Counted from the stretch's first letter, positions 41,300-55,868 are shown. The stretch: 64,000 nucleotides of DNA from Eledone cirrhosa (GCA_964016885.1 OZ024741.1:353834001-353898000), one strand, 5' to 3'. Made by a program: numbers and translations. The notes: a model not told the origin generated them from the sequence alone.

Positions 41300-41760
41300 T
41301 ATTGACCCTTCTCCATCCACACATACACACACACACACTGACTTACACCCCACTCCATGTACACACTGGTTTTCCTATTACCCGAACATGGTACCTCGTT
41401 CTTCCCCAAACTCTCACACTCACATCCACACATACACACACACACGTACACCAACACACATACACACACACCACCTTCCACTTTCCCCGCTCCTCCCCCC
41501 CCCCCCACACACACACCCTGACACCCTTTCACCACTTGTTTCATTTTTATTTGTTTACCCTATTTTTAAAATTTGTTCCCCCCCCCTTTTAATGTCTTTC
41601 CACCACTCCCTCTCGGAACTCTTTTCCTTCCCACTTTTCTCCTGATGAAGGGTTTATGCCCGAAACGTCGTCTCCCCCCCCCCCCACTCTCAAGCGTGAA
41701 CCTAATACTAACACTTTGTACTGCATTCTTCGTTATTGTTTTTGTTTTCTGTTTTAACTA
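41300..41760 (+). mobile_element. P2 pLTR-like repeat with a hammerhead core at 41642-41669
   Basis: CTGATGA-a-GGGT-ttat-GCCC-GAAACGTC. Homologous to 17035-17500. Confidence 0.65.
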
Positions 41761-41774
41761 TATATATATATATT

Positions 41775-41985
41775 AACAAAGAGGGTGTAAGATACAAGGT
41801 CGACCATAACGCACCAGAGTACTCAATACTTAGGGTAGTAGAGTGGGTAATGGGAAAAGAATCAGGACCCCGACGGCTAAGCCCCGGTCTTTTCGACAGC
41901 AAGATCCGAACTAAGGGCTTAGTTCGGATCTAGCTGTCGAAACGGCCGGAGCTTAGCCGTCAGGGTCCTGACTCTTTTCCTATTA
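41775..41985. repeat. Fold-back P1 pLTR fragment, centre near 41916
   Basis: gacagc-aagatccgaactaag-gg-cttagttcggatct-agctgtcGAAACGGC. Confidence 0.8.
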
Positions 41986-42455
41986 TATATATGTGTGTGT
42001 GTGTATGTATAAGTATGTATGTATGTATTTATGAAATTGGAAGGTTGTTGTCGATTTACACACGCATCCATAATTATTATATATAATTGTTTAATGGGTG
42101 CTAGCATGGCTGACAGGTTAAGAAGTTCACTTTGCATCTTTGTAGTTTCGAGTTCGAAACATTGCACCTTAGACAAGTGTCATGTATCATATCTTCCCTT
42201 CAACGGAAACTGCTTCGAAGTCGATTGCATAATCCGTTCATTTTCTGGTCCGTAGATAATACCATCACGTCACCAACCAGTTTCGGAGATCCAGAGAAAA
42301 GTCAACGATGCGCCTTTGCTTCATTTGTTTGTTTACTAGTTTCGTTCATTGGACCGATGCCATATTGAAGGAAGCTGACAATATGAGCTAAAACTCTTCA
42401 TAAAGCAGGTGTTTAGCTTCGGAGATTTTAATGTCTATTACGTGGTTTCGAGTAC

Positions 42456-42662
<207 letters not shown>

Positions 42663-44140
42663 TTATATATGCACACGAGTGTCTTTACGTTGCCGTTTGT
42701 TTATAGCGGCTCGATATATTGAGAGCGGTTAAATAAATAACAGGCTTTAAAATATGTACTGGGGCTGATATTTTTTGTCCTAGTACATATTTTTAAGTGT
42801 GGCAATTATTTAATCGCTCTTAATATATTGAAACTACACAGCTAGGTCTCTAAAATCTGAACACCTGCTTCATGAAAACGTTTAGCTCACATTGTCAGCT
42901 TCTTCAAACTATATTGCCTTTGTGACGAAGTTAGTCATAAAGAGGATGGTAGATTGGCAGAATTGTTAGAGCGTCCAATAAGTCTTTAAAAACTCAGAAT
43001 TTCCTCTTTTCTCTATAAATGTTCTGTTGTTGTTGTTTTTTGTTGTTGTTTTTGTTTTAGAGAATTATGTAGTAACATATTTCTTTTTCCTTTTACATAT
43101 TGTTTTATTTTTATCTTTATTTTATTGTTACTTTTAACGATCTAATTTTAAATTGAATGTATTTATAAAACCGAAATTCCTGGTGATGTCGAAAAGGCAT
43201 TGTACTTCCATACAGTGTGAATTTGGGATATTTTGAATCTGGTGTATCCCATCCTTCTGCAGATATGAGCACCTCCAATTTCTTCCAGAGAATGAAAGAA
43301 AGTGAGAAAGAGATATAGAAGAAGAATCGGCTCCAGTACTGAACTGATACTTTTTATCGGCCACGAAAGGAGGAGAAGCAAAATCTAACCTTAGTGTGAT
43401 TTAAAATCAGATCACACAGAGCCAAATAGAATATCGCAATGCATTCTAGTCAGTCCGGATTTACGACAAATGAGGCCCTGCGCTAGTTAAGTTATGAATT
43501 TGAAAAGTTGATCATAAAAATTGGGTGGGGTTGGAATAAGCCCCCCCCCCCCCCCCCCCCCCCCCGTGCATAAGCACACCTAAGCACAATGGTAAATTCG
43601 GCATTGATTCCAGTCAGCCTTCTAACGAATCTACAAATTCGCCACTTACTTTCAAGTTGAAGCGAGATGAAATACACTGTAAGTATATTCTCACTATCTT
43701 AAATTTTAATTTTAATTTGCTTTAATGAAACAAAAATATTAGTTCCTGATTGATAGGACTATTTAAACTGTCGTAGACAATAAATAATGCAGAATTGTTT
43801 CAAAACGCACCATCTACCAGATTATGTGATTTAATAATTGAACACTTTTAAATGTTTAGGAGGATTTAACGTTAAATATTTCTTCTATATGTTGTCGTTA
43901 TGAGGGGAGATGGTAATGATGGGAGTCGTGGTGGTAGTGGTGGTGGTTGTGGTGGTGGTGGCGGCGGCGGTGGTAGCGGTGGGGATGGCGTGGTGCTGCT
44001 AATGGTGGTGGTGCTGGGGATGGTCATCGTCGTCGTCTTCGTCGTCATGGAGGGTGGGTGATAGCCGTAGTGGAGAGGATGGTGATGATGATGGTAAATT
44101 TTTAAAACGATTGAATTTAGGATTAGTAATTAGTAAGACT

Positions 44141-45228
44141 TTAGGAAGGCCTTTGATTCTATGGACCGTCACTGCCTGATGAAGATCTTGCAGGCTTATG
44201 GAATCTCCAAATAGATAGTGGACCTGTTATCACTGCTCTACACCAACACCAGAGCCAAAGTCATTAAACCTGACGGGATGACGGAGTTCTTTGAGATACT
44301 GGCTGGAGTGCTCCAGAGAGATACATTGCTTCCCTACCTTTTTATCATTGCAGTGGACTATTGTATGCGCCTGGCGCTGGAGAAACACCAAGACTCTGGT
44401 TTTACAGTAGCACCGGCTCAGAGCAGGAGACTTGAGGCGAAAAATATATCATATGCTGAATTTGCTGACGACATAGTTCTAGTGACAAACACAGTAAAGG
44501 AGGCAGAGGAGTTGATGCAGGAGGTGGAGACTGTGTCAATGCGTGTGGGGCTGAGAATGAATGAGATTAAGACGAAGTATCTGGTAGAGAACATAGAGGA
44601 AGCTAGAGAAGATTATGAATATAGGCGGGAAGCCGCTAGAGTTGGGTGAGGACTTCCTGTATCTAGAAGCAAAGATTGTGAACACAGAGGATGATGTGGT
44701 TGAGAGGAAGAGCAAAGCCCGGGCGGGGTGCCACAGCTTGAGATCGGTGTGGAAGTCGGACCTTCGTAAAGACCTGAAGACCGATCACTTCGTTGCATCA
44801 GTGGAGTCTGTGCTACTGTACATGTCTGAGACTTGGACACTGACCAAGAAACTCACTCAGATGGTGGATGGGTGCTACACGAGAATGCTGAGGATGGCTC
44901 TGATCACTAATCAGAATACACTGAGAATGAAGAGCTCAGAGCTGTACGGGAGCCTCCCAAAAGTCAGCTCGAAAGTAACAAAGGGGAGACTTAGGTTAGC
45001 TGAACATGCTCACCAACATTCAGATTGACACTGCACTCAGTGCTCCTGTGGGATCCCCTACACGGACACACTAGAAGAGGGAGATCAAGGTTGACATATT
45101 GATGCCCTAAGGACAGACACGGGTCTCTGGGGAGACGCATGGCATGGCGATGATGAAGGGCAGAGACCGCTGAAGAGAACTCGTCCATGGATCTCGAGAA
45201 TTTTACCCGCCCTATATATATATATATA
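44141..45228 (+). mobile_element. 5'-truncated RTE-like LINE (RT to 3' end) ending in (TA)n, decayed
   Basis: GVLQRDTLLPYLF, FADDIVL, VESVLLYMSETWTL, DGCYTRMLR. Confidence 0.85.
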
Positions 45229-45439
45229 TTATAAAGAAGAAAGACGGCTTTAAGTATACATCCTCCGTTTATTATTTAATCCTGTTATACGTATTTCAAT
45301 TGATCCACCAACGTTTCTTTACTTGAACAATATATATATGTTCTTTAATTTGGTTTTATGATGTTAATTTGGAGTTTCACCCGTGTACTCATTGGATTAT
45401 CAGACAAGACGCATCATGTAACCATAATAAATAATATTA

Positions 45440-45565
45440 TTATGGTCTGAGTTCAAATCCCGCTGAGGTTAATTTTGCCTTTCATCCTTACGAGGTCGAT
45501 AAAATAAAGTACCAGTAATGCACTGGCATAATTGTCGGCCTTGTGCCAAAAGTAGAAATAATTAT
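45440..45565 (+). mobile_element. 5'-truncated family-A SINE
   Basis: tctgagttcaaatcccgctgagg...ccttgtgccaaaagtagaaa. Confidence 0.8.
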
Positions 45566-46550
45566 TATACAATACTTCGGTATTGAGTACTCATTCTCTC
45601 ATCCCTTAATAACGTGTGTGTGTGTGTGTGTATGTGCATTTTAACTTTGTGTAGCTTTGAACTTCTCACTCAATGTGTTCAGTGCGTGACAACACAACTT
45701 AAATTGATACGCAGTGTAGATAATGAAAATTAAACGCATAACTGGGAATGAAATACAAATTAGAGGGCAATGTTTTTAATATAAACACAATAGCATAAAT
45801 TTAGAATTAACAATCTTTAACAAATTCATTAACACAACATGTGTTGGACCTCCATCGGTTCCGACGACGAGCGTTCCAGTTGTTCAGACGATGAATCTGA
45901 TTTGGCAACAGCAGCAGCAGCAGTAACAACAAAGACAAGATATACGAAAAACAAAAATGAGTGAATAACGATTGAAGGAAAATTATTAGGACGTGATTTA
46001 TGTATGTTTAGCAGTATGTAGCTTTATTTTCTGTGTATATATGTGTATGTCTGTCGATGGATATATGTATGTGGAGAGAAGGGGTTGTTATAATTGCTAG
46101 AAATATTTGAAAATCTGTAAGCGGTGTTTATCTTGGTTTTATAAAGAATTAAAAATAGTTCAGTATTTTCCTTTTCATTCTATAACCAATTTATTTATTT
46201 ATAGGTATAATTCACTCCGAGTTATTATTTTTTTTGTGTTTTTTTTTGTTTGTTAGTTTTTTATGTTTTTTAGGGGGGGGGGGGGGCTTTATTATTAATC
46301 TATTTGTATTTAAATTGAATTTCTATAATAAAATGTTCAAATTTTTATTTCTATAATCAAGCCAATAGCGCACGAAAACTTCTAAAGATACTGCTGTAAT
46401 TAATGAGAACAATTTTAGTTTGAGGACATGGTACTTCATTCACATACAATGTCTTCTTGAAATTCCAATAGAATACATTATTACAAGCAATGCGGCACAC
46501 ACACATGTATATATGTATATGATTATATATATAAATATATATATATATAT

Positions 46551-47227
46551 ATGGAAAAGAATAAAACGAAATTTCATTTCTCACTCTTAGTACGGCTGAT
46601 ACCTAAATATAAGTATGTATACGTAGATACATATATGTGTACAGACGCACAGTAGTATGTATATATATACATACATGCACACATATGTACATGTACATAT
46701 GGGTTTACCGAACATTTATTATAATGTTCGATTTGTTTGTATACATACTATTGCGCGTCTCTACACATATATGTATGTACGTATACATACTTATATTTAA
46801 GTATCAGCCGTACTAAGAGTGAGAAATGAAATTTCGTTTCATTCTTTTCCATTTAACGTTTTCGGTATGCCCGGCCGATTAACTCATTCGATATGCAAAT
46901 TAGGCTGCTCAGCCGTTAATATGCATAAGGAAAGTATATACTTTCAGACGTTCAATCATCTGACAGAAAGTATACGATGCTGACGATAGCTAATAAGCTT
47001 GAAACTAGTACATCGTTCCTGTGTCAGTGTTGAATAAAAGGGCGACGATGGTTGCCAAGCACTGTACGGCGTAATTCGGGCTGTTTGTTTACAAACAAAC
47101 CGAACATTATAATAAATGTTCGGTAAACCCATACGTACATATATATATATATATATATGTGCATGTATGTATATATATATATATACTACTGTGCGTCTGT
47201 ACACATATATGTATGTACGTATACATA

Positions 47228-47232
<5 letters not shown>
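46551..47232. mobile_element. Retrozyme/pLTR-like repeat (family P4) with an inversion, in (TA)n
   Basis: Homologous to 48190-49443. Intact hammerhead at 46975-47015. Confidence 0.8.
46975..47015 (+). ncRNA. Minimal type I hammerhead ribozyme
   Basis: CGATG-CTGACGA-tAGCTaataAGCTt-GAAA-CTAG-TA-CATCG. Confidence 0.8.
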
Positions 47233-47279
<47 letters not shown>

Positions 47280-47338
47280 ACACACAAAAACAAGATGGTG
47301 AAGGACTGAACAAAGGAGAGACACAAAATAAAAACCCA

Positions 47339-47381
47339 GTCACTGAGGAAGTCACAGAATGTGTGACGAAAGAGCTTTGAC
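47339..47381 (+). ncRNA. Minimal type I hammerhead ribozyme in a separate pLTR-like repeat (~47275-47590)
   Basis: GTCA-CTGAGGA-a-GTCACA-gaatg-TGTGAC-GAAA-GAGC-TT-TGAC. Confidence 0.7.
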
Positions 47382-47951
47382 AACAAATAAACAACCATCC
47401 GGTTATCAAACCAACCAACTGGGAATTTGTAATAAATTGAAGTGAAAACCAACAGGTGCGTGTGTTTGTTATTGCCAGCATGACCCTCCCAAAGTATAAC
47501 AATATCTGTTTCAATACACGTTTTCAGATAAAGAATATAAACGATATACAAAAAATTCTCTTTCATAAGGGTTTAACCTTATTATAGTACACATATATAG
47601 GAGGAAGTAGAGAAGGCGTTCGGCGCTTCGAACATAAGTCCTCCTTCGGGAAATGGAGAGTTCGGAGGGAGAGAGAGAGGAGGGAACATATTTATATATA
47701 GTAATGAATTAAAGAACAAGAAAGAAAAACAAGAGGGGTTGTTGTACAAATTGGAGAAGTGAAGAGGGGTTAATTATGGCGAACAGGACTACGTCCAGCT
47801 TCGAGAGAAAAATGGAGAAGAAGGGAGGAAAGAACAAACACACAAGGAACCCAGACGAAACAGTTTTAGTCAAATCGCGACGTACGTACAATAGATTACA
47901 TGGTTGTCAAATATATGTAAATATATGTTTTGCGTTGGTGTTTAATATATA

Positions 47952-48123
47952 CTAGACCACCCGTGACACGTTGGGTCACGTTCCCTTTAAAATATTTTTT
48001 TAAAATCATGTCCACTTAAAAATAATTTTTAAATAATTAAAATATTCACAGAAATGTATATAATGTGAAATGAAACTGGAAGGCCCATATATATATACGT
48101 GTGCGTATGTATATATATAAATA

Positions 48124-48192
<69 letters not shown>

Positions 48193-49566
48193 GTAAGTAT
48201 GTATGTATACGTACATACATATATGTATACAGACGTACAGTAGTATGTATATATATACATACATGCACACATATATATATATGTACGTATGGGTTTATCG
48301 AACATGTATTATAATACTCGGTTTGTTTGTAAACAAACAGCCCGAATTACGCCGTACAGTGTTCAGTAAACCATCGTCACCTTTTTGTTCAACACTGACA
48401 CAGGAGCGATGTAGTAGATTCAAGCTTATTAGCTATCGTCAGCATCGTATACCTTTCGGTCAGATGGTTGAACGTCTGAAAGTATATACTTTCCTTATGC
48501 ATATTAACGGCTGGGCAGCCTAATTTGCATATCGAGTGAGTTAGTCGGCCGGGCGCACCGAAAACGATAAATGGAAAAGAATGGAACGAAATTTCATTTC
48601 TCACTCTTAGTACGGCTGGTACTTAAATGTAAGTATGTATGTATACGTACATACATATATATATACAGAGGTACAGTAGTATGTATATACATACACATGC
48701 ACACACATATATATATATATGTACGTATGGGTTTATCGAACATTTATTATAATGCTCGGTTTGTTTGTAAACAAACAGCCCGAATTACGCCGTACAGTGT
48801 TCAGGCAACCATCGTCACCTTTTTGTTCAACACTGACACAGGAGCGATGTTCTAGTTTCAAGCTTATTAGCTATCGTCAGCATCGTATACCTTTCTGTCA
48901 GATGGTTGAACGTCTGAAAGTATATACTTTCCTTATGCATATTAACGGCTGAGCAGCCTAATTTGCATATCGAGTGAGTCATGAAATTTCGTTCCATTCT
49001 TTTCCATTTATCGTTTTCGGTGCGCCCGGCCGACTAACTCACTCGATATGCAAATTAGGCTGCTCAGCCGTTAATATGCATAAGGAAAGTATATACTTTC
49101 AGATGTTCAACCATCTAACAAAGGTATACGATGCTGACGATAGCTAATAAGCTTGAAACTAGTACATCGCTCCTGTGTCAGTGTTGAACAAAAAGGTGAC
49201 GATGGTCGCCTGAACACTGTACGGCGTAATTCGGGCTGTTTGTTTACAAATAAACCGAGCATTATAATAAATGTTCGGTAAACCCATACGTATATATATA
49301 TATATATGTGTGCATGTGTATGTATATATACATACTACTGTACGTCTGTATATATATATGTATGTACGTATACATACATACTTACATTTAAGTACCAGCC
49401 GTACTAAGAGTGAGAAATGAAATTTTGTTTCATTCTTTTCCATATATATATGTGTGTGTGTGTGTATGTATATGTGTGTGTGTGTGTATGTATATGTGTG
49501 TGTGTGTATATATATATATGTGTGTGTCTGTGATATATATACAGTGGTCATATATACACACACACT

Positions 49567-49628
<62 letters not shown>

Positions 49629-49847
49629 ACAACAACAGTTCTCTCTCTCTCTCTCTGTTTATGAAGGTAGCCGGAAAACCCCGTATCTTGGGAATCCGTG
49701 CTCCGATTTACGTGGCACTTGTTTTATTCCATTTGTATCCCCATTCCAGAGTCAACTTCCTTTCAAAGTATTTTCCCATTATGCGCCCTTTTGGTTGTAT
49801 TACATTACAGACAAGCAAGCAAGCAATCACAGAGTTTTAGTAGTATA
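47952..49847 (-). mobile_element. Non-autonomous Helitron; its first 4 nt appear displaced to 60275-60278
   Basis: 3' hairpin CGTGACCCAACGTGTCACG followed by CTAG|T at 47952. The 5' side reads TATACTACTAAAACTCTG. Confidence 0.8.
48190..49443. mobile_element. P4 array: two tandem ~435-bp units plus one inverted unit, inside the Helitron's (TA)n
   Basis: Hammerheads at 48407-48447 (-, mutated), 48845-48885 (-, U16.1 mutated) and 49129-49169 (+, intact). The inversion point is near 48980. Confidence 0.85.
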
Positions 49848-50664
49848 CTAGACCAGCCGTGACCCGTTGGGTCATGTTCACTTAAAAATAATTTTTAAAT
49901 AATTAAAATATACACAAAATGTATATAATGTAAAATGACATTGGAAAGCCAATATATATATATACGTGTATGTGTATATGTACGTGTATATGTACGTGTA
50001 TATGTACGTGTATATATATATATGTTTGTATGTGTGGGTGTCTGTGGCCTATATACACTGGTTACAGACACACACACACATACATCCTGTCCTAACACAA
50101 GTTATAAGATACATATGACTTAATATTCAGTCACCAAATTCGAGTTAGATACAGTAATGCTGTATTCAATTCTTTGAAGTCACCTGTCATAATTTCATTC
50201 AACAACACCACCAGCTCTCTCCCTCTCTCTCTCTCACAACCACTATCTGCGTTTGTATTCACATTTCAATGGTACCTCACTTTCAAAGAATTTTCCCATT
50301 ATGCGCTGATTTGGTTATTTATAAAGGTACCCGAAAAAACCCGCGTATCTCGGGATCCCGTAGTCCGATTTACGCGAAACTTGTCTTTTCACTGTATTAT
50401 TCACAAATATTTTCACAAAGAAAATATCAAATCATTTTTCACTAATAGCTATCCAATCACTCCACTTCAACATTCTTTTTTCTATATCTCTATGGATGCT
50501 TGACTGTTTGTTCTGAAAACTGTTTCTGCTTAAAAAGTTTCAATGTTAATGAAAAGCTGGTTTTATTTACAAAAATTTGAAAGAAATTATTCTTACTTGT
50601 CTTAGTTTTTCCTTTTCCTTTCATTTTCTAACGTCGGAATCAACATTTTCTCATATTTACGCTG

Positions 50665-53600
50665 TTACAGTTTGTTCAAAAGAATGCTTTTGATGACAAC
50701 ATTCTTAGTTGACTGGGTATCCTTCAGAAACACTCTGACATTTTCTTTTCGTTTTCCGCGGCTAAGAGCTACATATAGTTGACCGTGTTGGAATACAGGT
50801 CGTTCCAGATAAACCAAGACGTTTTCCATAGTTTGTCCTTGTGCTTTATGAATAGTCATAGCGAAGCACGATTGACCTGGGAATTGGCTTCGCTGCAAAG
50901 GGATATCCTCACCTCCGGATAGATTAATTCTTATTCTAGGTATCATAACGATTTCATTTCTGAAAGCAGCAATGTTGATTATTGCTACTATGAGATTGTC
51001 GTGCAGTTCTTCCACCATCATGCGCGTTCCATTACAAAGCCTTGGAGGATTCAAGCTTCTCATAATAATTATTGGCGATCCTTTTTTCAATTCCAGGTTA
51101 TGTGGTGGCAGTCCTGATAGTTCAACCGAATCAAGGAATTCAGTCGGGAAATGAGTGGCATTGGCACCATCACTCACAGAATTATAGGATCGGTACTCTT
51201 TTATGGTTCCAGGGAAGGTCTGATACAGGTGGAAGTGATGCTTCTCATCATTTCATTGAGAGGTACTAAGATCCAATTGTTCGAAAACACTTCAGCTGGA
51301 TTGTCGAATGAGGGGTAGATGAAATCAATACATTCTTTCATAGTTGTTGCTTGCAGAACCATTTCTTTTGACAAAATAATTTCCTCATTTTCAGATTTTT
51401 TTATCTTAATCTTCTCCAATATCCAATAGGAACTGTGAATAGTCTCCTGCTCCCCCACCCAATCGCATGTTTGTCTTCAACTAAAATCTTTTGAAGCTTC
51501 GTCATAAGCAGGATTTTTTAATGCAGGCGTTTTCCACGTCCGCTTCATTTCCATTTTCACTACCGGAAGAAGCTGACGGAAATCGCCACATCAAATTGTC
51601 AAAATTCCACCGAATGCCTCATTGTTGTCTCATATGTCACGCAGGTCAATAGCTTCGAAGTTTTCCCTCCGAATCATAGGACACTCATCCCAAACAATCA
51701 GCCTTGTATGTTGGAAGAGGTTTGCCGTCTTTGAGTTTTTATCAATGTTGCACAGACCATTTTCTTTCACTACTATCGGTATTTTGAACCTAGAATGCGC
51801 TGTTCTTCCACCAGGCATCAGTGTTGCGGCAATGCCAGATGACGCAACAGCAATAGCCACGTCACCGTTTCCCCTGACTTTTGAAAGAATTAAGTTAATC
51901 AGGAATGTCTTTCCTGTTCCACCTGGAGCGTCAATGAAAATCAATGCGGATATGTTCGTCTCTAAACTGTTACAAACGAAGTCATACACGTGTTTTTGAT
52001 CACTATTCAATAGAGGCTCCGTCTCTTCTACAAATCGTCGCTGCTCTTCTCTGGTGTATTGCAATTCATGCAATAACTCCAAATTGCCAATATCCTGATT
52101 AGCAACAATATTATTTGGCCTTGGCAAGTTAAAGTCACTAAGACTTTTGCCCAGGTCGTTAAGTTTGTCTTCAAAATACAGAAGACATTGATCATAATGT
52201 CTCTCGCTAATCAAAAGGTTAGAGTTTCTGGTAGCCCTTTTTTCTATTTGAAGGTAATCCTCAGACAGCGAATGCTTAAATCGAACCCATAAAGTACTGG
52301 AATTGTCAATTTCCGTATTTGTGAGGAGCACGATGAATAGATCTCTCATGGCTTTGGGAAGCCTTGTTCGCTCAGCATCTTCCAGAGTCTTCTGCCAATG
52401 ATCATCCGATTGAAGCAAACCTTTCTCTCTGCAGACGTCTTTGAATAATGGCAGGAGTTCTCCATCACACACTTTCAAAGAGTTGAAGGATACTGGCCCT
52501 TTGACGTGATGCAGAAGGAGTCTTAAATAATACAGGTCACCACTTCGTGGAGAAACAGTGTTTACTCGTCCCAAAACGTTCGCCTCAAAAATCCCTGGAT
52601 ACTGCTCAACTGTTTACCCCACCTTTCTCCTTTCCCATCTCTTATTACTCCAAGTGTAAAACTTTGGGGCATCGGCATAATACAATGTTTTTGAAAACGG
52701 ATCGCGATCGCAAAGATCCATGAACTCAGTCAGAGTCGTCTTAGCCATGTTATTGTTTACTTTAACAGCAGCATTGACCCGAAAGAAGATTTGATTTTCC
52801 TCAGGTAGATGAACTTGAAGGCGAACTACGGCCGGTTCTCTCTCATGAATTGGAAATCCAAGTACCAAGGCAACAGCTTCTGAAGGACCGATATATCTTC
52901 CTGTTACATACTGTATTATCTCATCTTCCCTGTTCACTCCAAACATTGCCTGATCACTGCCCTTCATGGTATATTTGATAACGTATTTGATCGATTTCAC
53001 GGAAGAGCACATCTCTACGTTTAGGTGGCAGTTGAATAGTTTTAATAGTTTCATATTGTAGGGAACCACCCATTCCGAAGTTATATTTCGGCTTCCCCTT
53101 CCTTCTTGGTGCCCCTCAAATCCTCCCATTCCTGGAGACCGTCTTCTGTACACAGGATAAGAGTCCTCTCCACACAATGTATATTCATTGAAAGGCTTAG
53201 GGTACCGCTTACTGCACGTTCCATCTTTCCAACACAGCGAATTGTTAGAGCAATTCGGACCGTGGATCATGTGCTTCAGCTCCAATTCATGACCCTCTGG
53301 ATCTTTGTTTGGATCTGGTATTTCGGCTTGAACAAATTTATCATATTCCTGCGGTCTGGACTTGGAGGCTTCTTTGAGCCATAGTAAACAGTGGACATGA
53401 GGAAGACCTCGCTTTTGATATTCGACTGTCAGCACGTAAGCAATGCACTTGCCAAATAGGCCATCTTCTCCTGTAAGATACTTTCTTAACAGTTTCCGCT
53501 TCAGGTCAAATACTCTGGCAATTAAATCTGGCCTGTTATGTGGCTTCTGATTCAGGAATAGGTTTTGCCAGATTTCAGGCCAGTTTGGATTGCATGTCAT

Positions 53601-55033
53601 TGGGATGAAGAACGAAGGATTGCCGTACTTCCGTATGTACATCATGGCATCCTGGCATCGCTCCATCATATATCTCGGTCCACCGACAAATGTGGAAGAG
53701 AGTATGATTCGCCTGCCAATATTGCGAAAATCGTCATCATTATTCAATGCGTCAGTAAGGCCCTTGTATGTTGTAGATCGCAATGATGTTTGATTCATTC
53801 GGATGTATTGCAGTCTATCTCCTTCCATCTTCGCAGCCATGTCAACCAAATATTGCTGAAATAAACGACCGCCTCTGAGAAGTTGGTTGAATTCATTCTC
53901 ATAGTTCGATAGGCATTCGATAGGCATAGTAGCGCATTGGCGTCAACTTCTTGTTGTTGGTCATTAACAGCTGATGATGCCATCCGTCATCGCCAAAAGG
54001 AAAAAATAGAACATACTGCAAACTGTCATAGGACCGATGGGACTCTGAGATTATTTACAATTGTCCGCCTTTTTCTTTCAACACAATGTGCCGTGCTTTT
54101 GCTTGAAGTTCGGTGCTGTTTTGTATAATAACGGCAACTTCGTTTGCAGTTTGTGCATTGAATCTTCTCTCATGTTCCATTGCTGGTCTCCTATCAGGAT
54201 CAATAAAGCTTCGGGAATATTTTTAATTTGTTCTTTTGCCATTCGAAATGAAGCAACGTAAGGGTTATATTGTCTGAGTATTATTTCCAATAATTCAACT
54301 ATGTCGTGTATCCTGATCCTCAAATCAACACTATCCTGAGGATCCAAGAAGTAAATTTGAAGAAATTGGGGTTGTTCGTTGGGATTAGGGGTTAAGGAAC
54401 CGATGTAATGGTGAATTTGACCATGAAGGATTCTATCCACTCCTTGAGGAACGAACTTCTTCGGCCCCAAAAGATGTCATTTGGAACAGGCAGTTGTATT
54501 GTCGGAGGTTCTTCCTGAACTCGTTTGCCCTAGGTTGATCAGTACTAAATAAACTGTGAAGTTCCTGGGGTAAAGGCTGCAGATTCCCCAACCTGACTTT
54601 TCCATTCATACAGCAAAAGTTAGCAGTTTCACCATGAAAAAGCATTGCATGACAACAGACACAGATCTTATTCATCTGTCCAACATCAGCAGAGAGGTCA
54701 TGTCGTTGAACTGTCCTTGCTCTATCCCTAATGGTTTGTTGGCAAAGACGTCCAGTTCTCCAAGCGTCCGATTCATGATCTCTCCTGCTTCTGTCTCTTT
54801 CCCTGTTCCGCCAGACGCGCAGCTCTCCGACCATCCGATTCATGATCTCTCCTGCTTCTGTCTCTTTCCTTCTGTTCCGCTAGACTGCTTTATCAGTCTC
54901 ATCGATCCTTCTATTCGCATGCCTGTAGGCGTTGACCACTATCTTGCTCACCTTCTTCGGCTCTCCTTAGCCGTGTTTTCTTTCCACTATCGATAGACCA
55001 GCCAGATGTTTTCTTTCTTCCTCGTCGAGGCAT
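50665..55033 (-). pseudogene. Helitron RepHel (HUH Rep plus Pif1 helicase), frameshifted
   Basis: EYQKRGLPHVH, KYVIKYTMKG, DAPGGTGKT, ASSGIAATLMPGGRTAHSRF, WDECPM, FAMTIHKAQGQT, HGQLYVALSRG. The N-terminus has charged repeats and a C-C...CC zinc motif. Confidence 0.95.
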
Positions 55034-55049
55034 TATTTAAGAATAGAAA

Positions 55050-55660
55050 ATCGTATTCACCTTAGAAAAAATTCCTATACCCCAACAAATTTTTTTTTTT
55101 AAATCATCATTTAGAAATATTTCTAAATAATGAAAATATTGTCTGTTTAAACAACTCGTATTTTTCAAATCATATTCACTTAAAAAATACTTATTAATAA
55201 TTAAAATATTCTGTTTAAAGAAAGCTGAAATATATATACTCAGTGTACAAATAATTTGTATTTTTTAAGTCATTTTCACTTAAGAATATTTTTTGAATAT
55301 GCCAAGAAATATTTTTTCCATCGTATTCACTTGAAAATAATTTTTAAAAAATGAAGATATTGTCTATGTAAATAAAGCTATTTGTGAAATTAAATTCACT
55401 TTAAAATATTTCTAAATAATTGAAATATTCTTGTTAACAAAATCAAAAATATAAACACCTACTGTTTAACACCAAGTGGTATTTTTCAGTGATATTCACT
55501 TAATGCTTTTCTGATAATTAAAATATCGTCTGTTTAAAGAAAGCTCGAATATAGATACTTGAAGTACAAACAACTTGTAGTTTTGAAATCATATTCACTG
55601 AGAAATCACTGAAAAATGTATTTTTAATAGTTATTAAACTATTTTCATCATTCGAGAAAT
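55050..55660. repeat. Degenerate AT-rich minisatellite upstream of RepHel
   Basis: Recurrent tcatattcacttaaaaaata...aaaatatt.tctgtttaa. The same motif lies beside both Helitron 3' hairpins. Confidence 0.7.
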
Positions 55661-55782
55661 ATTTTTATGTCGATTTACGTCAAACCTGTTTTATCCCCAT
55701 TTCAGGGTTATATCACTTACATGGCTATTTTTCCATTATGCACCGTTTTGGCTATTTACGAAGGTATCCTACACACACACAC

Positions 55783-55868
<86 letters not shown>

